From: a virus
Strand: one strand, 5' to 3'
Length of the DNA: 64,000 nucleotides
IMG/VR virus record: IMGVR_UViG_3300019762_000005
Location: 28,676-92,675 of that record
Below the pieces are notes generated by a model. That model saw only the letters and a list, made by a program, of their open reading frames with translations. It searched no databases and was not told where the DNA came from. Within the stretch, counting starts at the first letter, position 1. Each line of letters begins with the position of its first letter. Of the stretch, positions 36,538 through 46,277 are shown piece after piece. The position numbers and the translations under genes were made by a program.

Positions 36538-37165
36538 TTTAAGTTTCGGTATACCAAAAAAAGCAGTAGTAATTTCATGGGATTTTAACCCTGAAATAGC
36601 AGCAATCAAAATCTCTAAAAAAGCTGAGAAAGGAAAAGCTACAAAGATAAGTCTTAACGCTAAAGGAGCTGCAATGCTTACTGGAGAAGGAGAAGATGCT
36701 TCTTTAGAGCAAATAGCTTTGAGCTTTGACGAAGAGAATAAAATCATGAGAGTGGCAAATATTAAGGTGGAGTCTTCTGTTAAGTTGACAAAATCCAATC
36801 CTCGTTCTTTCTCAAATTCAAGAACATACTTATATATTTGTGAGTTTTTAGGTTTGGACGGAGAAGAAGATGCTATTTTCGAATTAGTAGCTGAAGAGAG
36901 AGAATTCCCTTGTGTAGTATTAAGACCTATTGGAGCACCTATAGATTCTGCAGGTGAATCAGCTACGGAAGAAAATGATACTAAAGAAACTGCTCCTGAA
37001 GAGAGTCCAGAAAACTTACAGCCAGTTGATGCTGCTGAAGAAACTGAAGAAACAGAAGAAACATCTCCTGAAGCAGATAGTCCTAGTGAAGAAGAGGATG
37101 GTGGAGTAGATTCGTCTGATGTAGACAGCTCTGTTACTCAAGAAGACGAGGATGATTGGGACTAA
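36530..37165 (+). CDS. Hypothetical protein with long acidic tail ending DDWD
   Basis: 211 aa. Confidence 0.75.
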   Translation: MTDLSFGIPKKAVVISWDFNPEIAAIKISKKAEKGKATKISLNAKGAAMLTGEGEDASLEQIALSFDEENKIMRVANIKVESSVKLTKSNPRSFSNSRTYLYICEFLGLDGEEDAIFELVAEEREFPCVVLRPIGAPIDSAGESATEENDTKETAPEESPENLQPVDAAEETEETEETSPEADSPSEEEDGGVDSSDVDSSVTQEDEDDWD

Positions 37166-37250
37166 TATTCAGTAAGAAATTACTATATTAGCAATCCAAA
37201 AAAAAAGTGAAAAATTATTATTATTAACAAAAAAATAAACAAAAAAAAGT

Positions 37251-37874
37251 ATGAGTGTAGGAATTGATTTGAATGACGACGAGTTTAATGAAGGAGAATC
37301 TAAAGGAGCTATCAATGGTGGTAAAGCTGGATTAGTAGAAAACTTGTCATTTGTAAAAGTTACAAAAAAAGGAAAAGACGATCACGAAAAAGCTCCTGAT
37401 TATAAAGTTTTCTTTAAAGATGAAAATGGAGTCGAACTTGACATGCCTTTCTACTATTTAGATCCTTCGTTAGAATGGTTTCCTAAAGCCAAGAAAACTC
37501 AAGGGGCTGCAATGAAGTCGTTAATTACGACTATGATAGACCCTGAATACAACGAATGGGCTTTTGCTAGTTATAAAGCTATGTTGGACACCTGTATGAA
37601 AATGCTTAAAGATGCTGATACTGAGCCTCTTTATAGAATTGCTACGAACTACGGTACTAGCATGAGTCATAAAGCATTTATTCAGTTTAGAACGTGGACT
37701 CCATTTATTGAGTCTATGGAAGTTCCGATGGCTGAATCAAAAAAAGGATTACGTCCATCTAGTATTGAGATGTTGACTGGGTTAGAAGCTGACGAAGACG
37801 GTTCTGGTAACAGTCATTCTTCTACTCAACCTCCAGCTGGAGCTGCAGCAGCAGAAGAAGACGATTGGGATTAA
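37251..37874 (+). CDS. ssb: Single-stranded DNA-binding protein (crAss-like type)
   Basis: Lies between the AAA ATPase and primase; flexible linker and acidic tail EEDDWD. Confidence 0.65.
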   Translation: MSVGIDLNDDEFNEGESKGAINGGKAGLVENLSFVKVTKKGKDDHEKAPDYKVFFKDENGVELDMPFYYLDPSLEWFPKAKKTQGAAMKSLITTMIDPEYNEWAFASYKAMLDTCMKMLKDADTEPLYRIATNYGTSMSHKAFIQFRTWTPFIESMEVPMAESKKGLRPSSIEMLTGLEADEDGSGNSHSSTQPPAGAAAAEEDDWD

Positions 37875-37893
37875 TTTTTTTATAAATGTAACT

Positions 37894-37933
37894 AAGGGGA
37901 TAGACAGTTAATTCTATCTATCCCCTTTTTTTT
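37894..37933 (+). terminator. Intrinsic terminator
   Basis: AAGGGGATAGA...TCTATCCCCTTTTTTTT. Confidence 0.75.
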
Positions 37934-37944
37934 AATAGTAACAA

Positions 37945-38961
37945 ATGGTAGACCTTAATGAATTACAATACGAAACTAATTATGAAGAGCTGAGAGACTT
38001 AATATTTTCGAAATATTCAGATGAAGAAATATTTAGATATTACGTTGGAGATTTCAAAATAGGTAAAACATTTATAAGTCCATTTAGATCAGAGAGAATA
38101 CCATCCTTTGCTATTTTTATAGGAAAGAATCATGGAGACTTAATGTACAATGAGATGCTCTTAAAAGACAAGGGTGATTGCTTCAGGCTAGTGGAAAGAC
38201 TTTTCAACCTGTCAGCTATAGATGCTCTTTTAAAAATATGCTTAGATTTAAACATACAAAACACAGGAGTTTCAGATGTAGACAGAGTGAGGATAAAAGC
38301 GATAAAAAAGAACAGAGTAGTAGAACCCTTAAACATAGGAGTCAAATACAGAGAATGGAATAGAGAAGATAAGATTTTTTGGTCCAGTTTTGGAATATCA
38401 AAAAAGACACTACTAAGGTACAATGTTAGGCCTATATCTCATGTGTTTTTTAATGGCTTTATGGTAAAATGCGATCCTTTAGCTTATGCTTTTAAGGAGA
38501 TGAAAAAAGGAAATATAACCTTTAAAATCTATCAACCTCATTCAGAAACTAATAAATGGTCTAATAATCATGGTAATTCTGTAATACAAGGATGGGATCA
38601 ACTGCCTGAGACTGGAGAAATACTAATAATAACATCTTCATTAAAAGATTCAATGTCGATTATTGATAATAACAAAATACCAAGCATAGCTCCTCAAGGA
38701 GAAAATCACACGTTCTCTAAAGAGATAATCAAGGAATTAAAAGCAAGGTTCAAGAGAATATATATTTTCTACGATAATGATTACACCAAAAAGGTTAATT
38801 GGGGTCAAGAATACGCTATGGAGACATGTTTAGAGCATAACTTGTTAAATATATGTATTCCAGAAAAGTGTAAAACCAAGGATTATTCCGATATGATTGA
38901 GAGGCATAAAAAACAAAAAACAGTAAGATGGCTAGATTCAGTATTGAAAAACGTAGCTTAG
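37945..38961 (+). CDS. DnaG-type primase
   Basis: SPFRSERIPSF, KIYQP, TOPRIM IITSSLKD, YDND and KDYSD motifs. Confidence 0.88.
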   Translation: MVDLNELQYETNYEELRDLIFSKYSDEEIFRYYVGDFKIGKTFISPFRSERIPSFAIFIGKNHGDLMYNEMLLKDKGDCFRLVERLFNLSAIDALLKICLDLNIQNTGVSDVDRVRIKAIKKNRVVEPLNIGVKYREWNREDKIFWSSFGISKKTLLRYNVRPISHVFFNGFMVKCDPLAYAFKEMKKGNITFKIYQPHSETNKWSNNHGNSVIQGWDQLPETGEILIITSSLKDSMSIIDNNKIPSIAPQGENHTFSKEIIKELKARFKRIYIFYDNDYTKKVNWGQEYAMETCLEHNLLNICIPEKCKTKDYSDMIERHKKQKTVRWLDSVLKNVA

Positions 38962-39206
38962 AACTACCTATAGAACTATGGGGAAAATTTAGCAAAGAGG
39001 ATAAATTAGCTTTTATTCCAACAAAAATTAAAAATCACTACGCTGTAGTGAAGTCAAGATTAGGGCTTTCAAGTAAAGATGGAATCCGATATAGAGGAAT
39101 TAACCAAAAAGAATCTAATGTATTTGGTGACATTAGAAATGCAAACATTACATTTGCATTTAACTATAAAAAAACACCAGTAATAAAACTAAACATTATA
39201 GAATAA
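38928..39206 (+). CDS. Hypothetical protein
   Basis: TAATG-coupled to the Ubl gene. Confidence 0.55.
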   Translation: MARFSIEKRSLELPIELWGKFSKEDKLAFIPTKIKNHYAVVKSRLGLSSKDGIRYRGINQKESNVFGDIRNANITFAFNYKKTPVIKLNIIE

Positions 39207-39715
39207 TGAGATCAATAATAACTTACAGCACTAGAGGTGCTAAACTTGAAACAATAGAAAGTGATGCTACTAGATTAGGAGCTCTTAAAGAAGATATGGA
39301 TGAAGCTGGAATAGATTATTCAGGGTTAAAACTTATGGTTTCTGAGACCGAAGTTACTCTTGAATCTGACGAAGCTGTTCTTCCAGAAGGAGAATTCACA
39401 TTGATGATGCTTCCAGATGAGGTTAAGAGTGGAAACTCTAAAGACTGGTCAAAAATGTCCTACATTGAATGTTTTAATGAGGTGAAATTAAGAAAACTTA
39501 TAAGTGAAGACGGTCTTGACGTTAACTTAGATTTTCAAGATTTAGTTTCAATTCTTAACAAGTCAGACTTAGAAGGTTCTGATTACGGAGTAGAAAAGAA
39601 AGAAAGCCTTGAAGAAAGAATGGATAGATTAGAGAAAAAAGTATCAGAACTAAGCTCAGGTCCAGATACGTCTACCTATGCTAAAAGAGCAGCGGAGTTA
39701 GGAAGAAAAAGATAA
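39206..39715 (+). CDS. Ubiquitin-like precursor (beta-grasp 1-76 ending KSG plus C-terminal helical extension)
   Basis: beta-beta-alpha-beta-beta pattern: ATRLGALKEDM helix, LESDEAVLPEG, FTLMMLPDEVKSG76; sits next to E2, JAB and E1 genes. Confidence 0.7.
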   Translation: MRSIITYSTRGAKLETIESDATRLGALKEDMDEAGIDYSGLKLMVSETEVTLESDEAVLPEGEFTLMMLPDEVKSGNSKDWSKMSYIECFNEVKLRKLISEDGLDVNLDFQDLVSILNKSDLEGSDYGVEKKESLEERMDRLEKKVSELSSGPDTSTYAKRAAELGRKR

Positions 39716-39741
39716 GGCTGTTAATCAGTATTTTTTAACAC

Positions 39742-39770
39742 AAAGGGAGGCGTTGCTTCCCTTTTTTTTT
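39742..39770 (+). terminator. Intrinsic terminator between Ubl and E2
   Basis: AAAGGGAGGC-gtt-GCTTCCCTTTTTTTTT. Confidence 0.75.
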
Positions 39771-39779
39771 GCAAAAAAA

Positions 39780-40760
39780 ATGACAAATAAAGAACAATGC
39801 GAAGAGGTATTACAGAGAATGTTTAAAGATTCTTGGGAGATAAAGAACGAAGAAATAGTAATAAGAATAAAAGACTTAACGATAAGAAATTCAAAACAAA
39901 AATCTCATGTTATAGATGATATATTTGTCAAGATTAAGGTGAATGAAAGTATGAAGTTTAAAACAGCTGGATTAGAAGGTTTTAGGTCAATATTCAAAAT
40001 AAAAGACTTCTCATCTAGTTATGCTCACTCTCATTTACCAGGAAGTTGCGTTAGAAATTCAATGGATTTTAAGAGCTTCTGCTTAGGAACAGGACCTATA
40101 AACACGATAATAATGAAGCTTGTAGCTAAGTTTGATATCACTAGTTTCACTTTTTTTCTTCATCAACTTAAAGTTTATCTAGGCTGGGAAAGTTTAGAAG
40201 GGAGACCTTATAAACTTATGTCTGGAATCAAGCTAAAGCTTGACCACTCATCTTCTCGAAGTATATCGGTATTAGACTTTCTTCTTGATGACGTAATTCT
40301 AATGTCAAAGTCAATGAGGTTTAATATATTGTTGTCAGAAAATGAAGTCAAAATACTTAGAGACAGTACCTTTTACGAGAATGTAAAGAACTATATAGTT
40401 TCAAACGAAATACCTAATTGCATGTTTTTGTTTAAAGATGGAAAATACAGTAATGACGATGTTCTAGTAGGCGATGGATTAGGTTACGACACTATAGATA
40501 ATGATTTTATAAAGATTAGAAACAAGGACAAATTTATTTTTAGAGATGAAGAAATAAGGATCTCTTTTTCGGACTACAAGCTTGGAGAAAATAATAAAAA
40601 ACTAGGTGTCGAAGATAGAGAAGAAAAAATCGTTCATCATAAAGTTCTTGATAAGATAGAAGAACATTTAAACACATTATTAATTAATTATTATGAAAAA
40701 AACAATAAAAGAATTGCCGAGAAAACCAGAGATTATCGTTTCAAAAAAGTTATTGTATAA
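39780..40760 (+). CDS. Prokaryotic E2-like conjugating enzyme
   Basis: YAHSHLPG...FCLGTGPI resembles the HPH..xCLG active site of prokaryotic E2s; operon context. Confidence 0.68.
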   Translation: MTNKEQCEEVLQRMFKDSWEIKNEEIVIRIKDLTIRNSKQKSHVIDDIFVKIKVNESMKFKTAGLEGFRSIFKIKDFSSSYAHSHLPGSCVRNSMDFKSFCLGTGPINTIIMKLVAKFDITSFTFFLHQLKVYLGWESLEGRPYKLMSGIKLKLDHSSSRSISVLDFLLDDVILMSKSMRFNILLSENEVKILRDSTFYENVKNYIVSNEIPNCMFLFKDGKYSNDDVLVGDGLGYDTIDNDFIKIRNKDKFIFRDEEIRISFSDYKLGENNKKLGVEDREEKIVHHKVLDKIEEHLNTLLINYYEKNNKRIAEKTRDYRFKKVIV

Positions 40761-41811
40761 GATACATAGGCTTTGTCAAAAAAATGTTAGGATAGAATGG
40801 TCTGGAATAATGTTTCATAAAGAACTGGAAGGTGACATGTCAGACCCTTCTGGATTTAAGTTAGAAATAGTAGACATGTTACTAATGGATGTAGGTACTC
40901 ACTCGTTTACGTCTTACAAATTTGATGCAGATTTCGTAAGGTTTATGAAAAAGAATCCTGAGTATATGAAAATGAAGCTTTCTCAAATTCATTCCCATAA
41001 CGATATGCCTGTATTTTTCTCCTCTACAGATGTAGACGAGTTAAAAATAAATTCTCCTAATCACTTATACTATTTATCATTGATAGTTAACAATGCTGGA
41101 GATATGGAAGCTAAGATAGCTGTTTCAAGAAAGACTAAAAGTGTTCAAACAACAGTCATAGATTACAAGAAATGGGAAGAAGGAAAGTGGAAAGATAGTC
41201 AAAGAACCGAAGTTAAAGAGTTTGAGTCTAAAGAGATGGAAACATTCGATTGCAACATAAAAGTTGAATATGATCCTGAATTCGAAGAAAGAATGGAATA
41301 TATAGAGAAAGTTTCAAAAAAGCGTGCTGAGGAAAAATTAAAACTTGAACGTGAACTTAGATTTAAAGATAGTAGAAGTATAGAAAGACTACCATCGTTA
41401 TCTACAAACAGTTCTCTTCACGGGAAAAACAAGCAAATGATGGCTAATTTTGACAACGACGATTGGGATGTTGAAGAAGAAGAAGAAAACAAAATTATTC
41501 ATGTTCAAGAAATTTGGGCTAGAGTTTCATTTGGCAAGAACTTCAAGACTGATTTTATAAATGTAGACACAATTAAAGATACATTGAAGGTGTTAAACGA
41601 AGGTATTCCTGTCGATAAAAACAAGTTTGTAACAAGTCTTGAAAAAGACATTGTTGATGCTATTGGAGTTATGAAACTTAAAGGATCTATAGGTGAATAT
41701 ATAGACATGCTTAGAGACGAATTAGTAGAATATGAAGGAGACTTCAAATTTGCTAAAAGATTAGTAGAGCATTTAGATAACAATGTAATACCTAAATACT
41801 TTACTACATAA
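40693..41811 (+). CDS. JAB/JAMM metallo-isopeptidase
   Basis: EWSG plus exact HxHx7SxxD (HSHNDMPVFFSSTD), and YLSLIVNN. Confidence 0.88.
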   Translation: MKKTIKELPRKPEIIVSKKLLYKIHRLCQKNVRIEWSGIMFHKELEGDMSDPSGFKLEIVDMLLMDVGTHSFTSYKFDADFVRFMKKNPEYMKMKLSQIHSHNDMPVFFSSTDVDELKINSPNHLYYLSLIVNNAGDMEAKIAVSRKTKSVQTTVIDYKKWEEGKWKDSQRTEVKEFESKEMETFDCNIKVEYDPEFEERMEYIEKVSKKRAEEKLKLERELRFKDSRSIERLPSLSTNSSLHGKNKQMMANFDNDDWDVEEEEENKIIHVQEIWARVSFGKNFKTDFINVDTIKDTLKVLNEGIPVDKNKFVTSLEKDIVDAIGVMKLKGSIGEYIDMLRDELVEYEGDFKFAKRLVEHLDNNVIPKYFTT

Positions 41812-41813
41812 TT

Positions 41814-42560
41814 ATGAGCACTATAAAGAAAATAGATTTAGCAGAAGCACATGAATCTGTTTCGAGATTTAAGGGTGCTGAATGGATGGTAGAACCGTTA
41901 GATATTTTGTTACTAGGTGCTGGAGGTATAGGTAGTTGGACTGGATTTTTCTTGTCAAGAATAGGCCATAATCTATCTGTATTTGATGACGATACTTATG
42001 AAGTAGGAAATATGTCAGGACAGTTCGTAGCTAATTGCGGAGTAGGTGTTCAAAAAAGTGAAGCTTTAGTCGATTTGATGTATGGGTTTAGCGGTGAGGC
42101 CCAGACTTTTAATCATTCTAATTACGGAAGGTATGAAGAGAACAGTATGACATCTCCTATTACCATAGCTTGTTTTGACAATATGGCTTCAAGAAGACTT
42201 GCATTTGACAAGTGGTTTAACTATTTGAGAGAAAATCCCGACAAAAGAAAGGATGCTATATTCATAGATGGAAGACTACTTGCTGAGCTTTTTCAGATAT
42301 TTACTATCCAGGGTAGCGACATCAAACAGATAAAAAAGTATTACAAGTATTTGTTTAGTGATGATGTAGTAGAGCCAGAAGATTGTTCATTGAAGCAAAC
42401 AAGCCACGTAGCTGCAATGATAGGTGCTGAGATAACATCTACATTTAATAATTGGATTGCTAACAAGGTTACTGGCATAAATTTTAGGAAAGTCCCTTTC
42501 TATCAGGAAAGATTTACACCTACAATAATGCAGAAACTTAAGTCTGAAAAAGAAATGTAA
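41814..42560 (+). CDS. E1/ThiF-family activating enzyme
   Basis: LGAGGIGSW, DDDTYEVGNMSGQ, CFDNMASRR and IDGR motifs; candidate catalytic Cys in EDCSLKQT. Confidence 0.9.
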   Translation: MSTIKKIDLAEAHESVSRFKGAEWMVEPLDILLLGAGGIGSWTGFFLSRIGHNLSVFDDDTYEVGNMSGQFVANCGVGVQKSEALVDLMYGFSGEAQTFNHSNYGRYEENSMTSPITIACFDNMASRRLAFDKWFNYLRENPDKRKDAIFIDGRLLAELFQIFTIQGSDIKQIKKYYKYLFSDDVVEPEDCSLKQTSHVAAMIGAEITSTFNNWIANKVTGINFRKVPFYQERFTPTIMQKLKSEKEM

Positions 42561-42561
42561 T

Positions 42562-43164
42562 ATGTATTATAAAAACTACAATCGAAACGAGCAAAAGCCT
42601 TCATTTAGGTTTTTAGCTAACGAAAATACATGGGTAGATCCTAGCTACAGTAATGTTAAGTTAAGACTTTACCAAAGTGTGCTATTTAATTCAAGTGTAA
42701 ACAGAAACAGCATGAAGTCAATGTTGATGAATTTTAGTAGCAGTAATACTCAAAATTGGGAAGTTCGTATTAATGGTGGTCAATGCGTTTTTCTGTGCGG
42801 AGGAGGATTCCTTTATGACTACACTGCTGGTAAGTTTCTAGCAATTATGACTATAGATAGAGATTACCAAGACTTACCTATACTAAATAGTAGGTTAGTG
42901 GATAGATTTTCGTTTATGACTGTTAGGTTTTCAAGAGAATTTTACGAAGGTAAAAACAATGTATATCAGAAACTATTCAGGTCTTTCAAGTTCAATGCAG
43001 CTCCTAGATTAAAGAAAGAAGGAGTTTCGTTTGAAGTTGTAGAAGATTATAGAGATATGATGTCTGGAGTGAGAAAGATTATAGACTTAAGCGATCATAA
43101 AACGATAGAAGATATTAACCAATACAAAGAGAGAGTAGCTAATGAATTTAAACATAGGGAGTAA
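42562..43164 (+). CDS. Hypothetical protein downstream of E1
   Basis: 200 aa, starting 1 nt after the E1 stop. Confidence 0.65.
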   Translation: MYYKNYNRNEQKPSFRFLANENTWVDPSYSNVKLRLYQSVLFNSSVNRNSMKSMLMNFSSSNTQNWEVRINGGQCVFLCGGGFLYDYTAGKFLAIMTIDRDYQDLPILNSRLVDRFSFMTVRFSREFYEGKNNVYQKLFRSFKFNAAPRLKKEGVSFEVVEDYRDMMSGVRKIIDLSDHKTIEDINQYKERVANEFKHRE

Positions 43165-43744
43165 AGTACACAAAAGTGGGGATAAGATCGTAGTAGAAGT
43201 GCTTAGATTTCCCACTCATATATGTGTAAAAGAGAAAAAGAGAACACCAGCTAAGCATGTAAAAGTTAATGGACAACAGATTTATTCTGGCCTTCATTAT
43301 CAAACTAGAGCCGTGTTAGTTACCAAACTGAGAGAAGCCTTGATGAAAGAGTTCGTTAAACATTTCGAACCTTTCACTGAGGAACTTGAAAATATGATTC
43401 CGTTGGAAATTTCAATGGAATGGCATGTGCCGCCAAACTGGGAGACAGTTAGATTTTCTTCAGTTAAAGAAGTCCTTTTATGGAAGCCTATAAAAGAAGG
43501 AAAGAAATATAAAGGATTGTTTGATGCAGATAATCAGTGGTTCTGGATAAAGACCTTCACTGACTGCATATCAAAGGATATGGGATTGATACCTGAAGAT
43601 AATGTCCCAATAGTTCCTATAAACGGAAGAATCAAACATGTCCCAGTAAAGCACATGGATGATAGAAAACTTGTATTTATTGTAGAGAAAATACAAGACG
43701 TAGAGCATATTAACCTTTTAAAAAAATATTACGAATATGAGTAA
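43142..43744 (+). CDS. RusA-like Holliday junction resolvase
   Basis: DADN...KTFTD...IPEDN matches the RusA DxDN..K...D...DD pattern. Confidence 0.65.
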   Translation: MNLNIGSKVHKSGDKIVVEVLRFPTHICVKEKKRTPAKHVKVNGQQIYSGLHYQTRAVLVTKLREALMKEFVKHFEPFTEELENMIPLEISMEWHVPPNWETVRFSSVKEVLLWKPIKEGKKYKGLFDADNQWFWIKTFTDCISKDMGLIPEDNVPIVPINGRIKHVPVKHMDDRKLVFIVEKIQDVEHINLLKKYYEYE

Positions 43745-44705
43745 TTACAGAGAGATGCCGGGCATGAACCAATCTCTTTTGAAGAAGATATTAATCAGCC
43801 CTTCTTCCTACCTTAAAACAAAGGAGGAAATGTATATAGATACTGATGAGGATCATTACAGACTAGGTCATTTGTTTGACTTTATAATGACTGAAGATAT
43901 GTCAACTTTTAAAGAGCATTATGTCGTGGACGAGGGAGACTTCAAGACTAGTGAAACAATATTTGGAATATTGAACCAAGCTGCCTCAGAGATGGACTAT
44001 AGCGATGATAATCTTATAGCTATAGCCAAAAACTTTGAATACGGAAAAAACTGGAAGAACGAAACTATCTTGGATAAGATAAAGACAGAGGGATGGGAGC
44101 AGTATGTTGATTTTAGAATTAACGCTGTAGGAAAGAAGATGGTGTCGCTTACTGAGTATAATAACTGCGTAATGTCTAAACTTAAGCTTACGAGAAACAA
44201 GTACACGAAAAAGTATTTCTCTACAAATTCATTTATAGAGATTCAAAAGAAGGTTGTTATAACTAACGTTGTTTCTGGAGTCAGCATGAAGTACGAACTA
44301 GATAAAGTTGTTATTAATCATAAAGCTAAGAAAATTCAGCCGATTGATTACAAAACTATGTCAGGAAGCACTTCTTCTTTTATGTATAATTTCTGGAAGC
44401 TTAGATATGACTTTCAAGGAGCTATGTATTGGGACGCATGTTTAGATCATTATGAAGATTTAATGTCTAAAGGATATACTGTACTTCCGTTCAGATTTAT
44501 AGTAGTCGAACCTGCAGGAGTTAGCGAACCTATGATTTATCAAATGAGTGAAGAGACTCATTTAGCAGCAATGAGAGGTACTGAAATACCTCCAAAAACA
44601 GTCGAAGGTGTTCAACAAGCTATCGAAAGATTAACGTGGCACATGACTAATGATGAGTGGGATTATCCTATGGAGTATTACGAAAAAGGATGCATTATAA
44701 TATGA
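43737..44705 (+). CDS. PD-(D/E)XK exonuclease (RecE/ExoVIII-like)
   Basis: NQSLLK, KYELD...IDYKT, YDFQGAMY and FRFIVVE motifs. Confidence 0.85.
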   Translation: MSNYREMPGMNQSLLKKILISPSSYLKTKEEMYIDTDEDHYRLGHLFDFIMTEDMSTFKEHYVVDEGDFKTSETIFGILNQAASEMDYSDDNLIAIAKNFEYGKNWKNETILDKIKTEGWEQYVDFRINAVGKKMVSLTEYNNCVMSKLKLTRNKYTKKYFSTNSFIEIQKKVVITNVVSGVSMKYELDKVVINHKAKKIQPIDYKTMSGSTSSFMYNFWKLRYDFQGAMYWDACLDHYEDLMSKGYTVLPFRFIVVEPAGVSEPMIYQMSEETHLAAMRGTEIPPKTVEGVQQAIERLTWHMTNDEWDYPMEYYEKGCIII

Positions 44706-45301
44706 TGAATTTCAATGATACAACTATATTTTTGTTCCCTTTACTAGGTATTCCTAAATTAATATTTAGTAAAGGACATGAAACAAGATATATAAACAGT
44801 TTTCTTAGAGATGACTGTTTAGCGAAGTATGGTCATTATCATTTATTTATTACTCATAAGAATTTCCAAGACACGCAATTTAAAGCGTTTGAAGATTCTT
44901 TGACTTCCCTTGATAATTATGTAGATGAATATGATATTTGCAATAACGAAGTTGGTGTTAAGATTTTCAAGATACCAGAAGAACATATAGACGATTACCA
45001 TGCCTTTATTGAAGGTAGGTATTCTGATTTTTCTAAAGAAGCACAGGAGAAAGTGCTAACCAATAATTTCTCAATAATAAGTTCAGCGCATATAGATTAC
45101 CTTAAGCAGGTGTTTAATAAGTGCGAGATTTTAAGAGACTTTCAAGAAAAGAAAGTAGGTCAAAGCATTTTCAACCAAGATGTGAGATCAGTGTATAACA
45201 AAGAAAAAAACGTACTAACCAAGAATATGAAAAAGATTCTTTCATCGAGAAAGAAATTAGAAGCAAAACTTGGTGAAAACGAAGAAATAGAACTATACTA
45301 A
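44702..45301 (+). CDS. Hypothetical protein
   Basis: TTIFLFPLLG...F.EGRYSDFS; coupled to both neighbours. Confidence 0.7.
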   Translation: MMNFNDTTIFLFPLLGIPKLIFSKGHETRYINSFLRDDCLAKYGHYHLFITHKNFQDTQFKAFEDSLTSLDNYVDEYDICNNEVGVKIFKIPEEHIDDYHAFIEGRYSDFSKEAQEKVLTNNFSIISSAHIDYLKQVFNKCEILRDFQEKKVGQSIFNQDVRSVYNKEKNVLTKNMKKILSSRKKLEAKLGENEEIELY

Positions 45302-46020
45302 TGAAGGAAAAAAAACTAGTACTCGACAAAATGTATTGGTACGGTCAGTTAGCTGATTGGACACCAAGACTAAAACCTATAATAAAAACTCCATATATGG
45401 TTAAACTTATAAACTTCCTCCTACAAGAATACGAGAAGGAAGAAGTTCATCCGACGTTTAATAAAATATTTAGAGCGTTTGACCTTAGTAGTTTTGAAAA
45501 GCTTAGAGTCGTAATACTAGGATTAGAACCTTCAACACTCACTGCTGCAGGTGGCCCTATTGCTAATGGGGTTGCTTACAGTAATGATATAGATTCACCT
45601 AATCCGTTTGGTGGTCCAATAGATAAGATTTCTGTTTGTGTAGAGCAGAAACTATATAAAGGTTTAAATTTAGATTTTAACCCTAATCTTAAAGGTTGGA
45701 TGAACCAAGGCGTATTACTATTAAACGTTTGCCCTACTGCCGTAAAAGGAAAACCAATGAGCCATGAAAGACCTTGGAAGAAATTCATATCGTATGTATT
45801 TGAATTGATAAACAAGGAACATGATGGTATTATATTTTGCTTATGGGGTAAGGAATTGGAGCATTACAGAGATTTAATAGATGAAAAGAAGCACATAGTC
45901 CTAGTTAACGAAACTAGCCCTAGAGATGCTGTAAAAAGAGGAGATAACTGGCAGTGTGACCACTTCGGTCAAATTAACAAAATACTGCTTAATAACAAAC
46001 AACCAAAAATAAAGTGGTAA
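45301..46020 (+). CDS. Uracil-DNA glycosylase family 1 homolog with altered catalytic motifs
   Basis: IFRAF, VVILGLEP (normally GQDPY), W..QGVLLLN, IFCLWG, ETSP (normally HPSP) and HFGQIN. Confidence 0.85.
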   Translation: MKEKKLVLDKMYWYGQLADWTPRLKPIIKTPYMVKLINFLLQEYEKEEVHPTFNKIFRAFDLSSFEKLRVVILGLEPSTLTAAGGPIANGVAYSNDIDSPNPFGGPIDKISVCVEQKLYKGLNLDFNPNLKGWMNQGVLLLNVCPTAVKGKPMSHERPWKKFISYVFELINKEHDGIIFCLWGKELEHYRDLIDEKKHIVLVNETSPRDAVKRGDNWQCDHFGQINKILLNNKQPKIKW

Positions 46021-46265
46021 TGAGTATAGAAAAAGAAGAGAACTTAAAAGAATGGGTAGACAACGAAGTTCGAAAAAGAGATGGTATAGTTACTGATATG
46101 GAATCTGTAAAAAAACTAATAAAAACGGCTGTACTTCATGGAGAAAGTAGCTGTTTATTGAAGTTTCAAGACAGTGACACTCTTTCCTTAATAGAAGGAA
46201 AGCTTACTAGGCAAGGATTTGAAGTCTCTGAAATTACTGATCTTTCTTTTAATATTTATTGGTAA
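46020..46265 (+). CDS. Hypothetical protein
   Basis: Coupled ORF. Confidence 0.6.
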   Translation: MSIEKEENLKEWVDNEVRKRDGIVTDMESVKKLIKTAVLHGESSCLLKFQDSDTLSLIEGKLTRQGFEVSEITDLSFNIYW

Positions 46266-46277
46266 AAAAAAATAGAA

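Noticed and set aside
41814-42560. ThiF/MoeB for thiamine or molybdopterin synthesis
   Set aside because: No pathway genes nearby, no CxxC Zn pairs, and the neighbours are JAB, E2 and Ubl.
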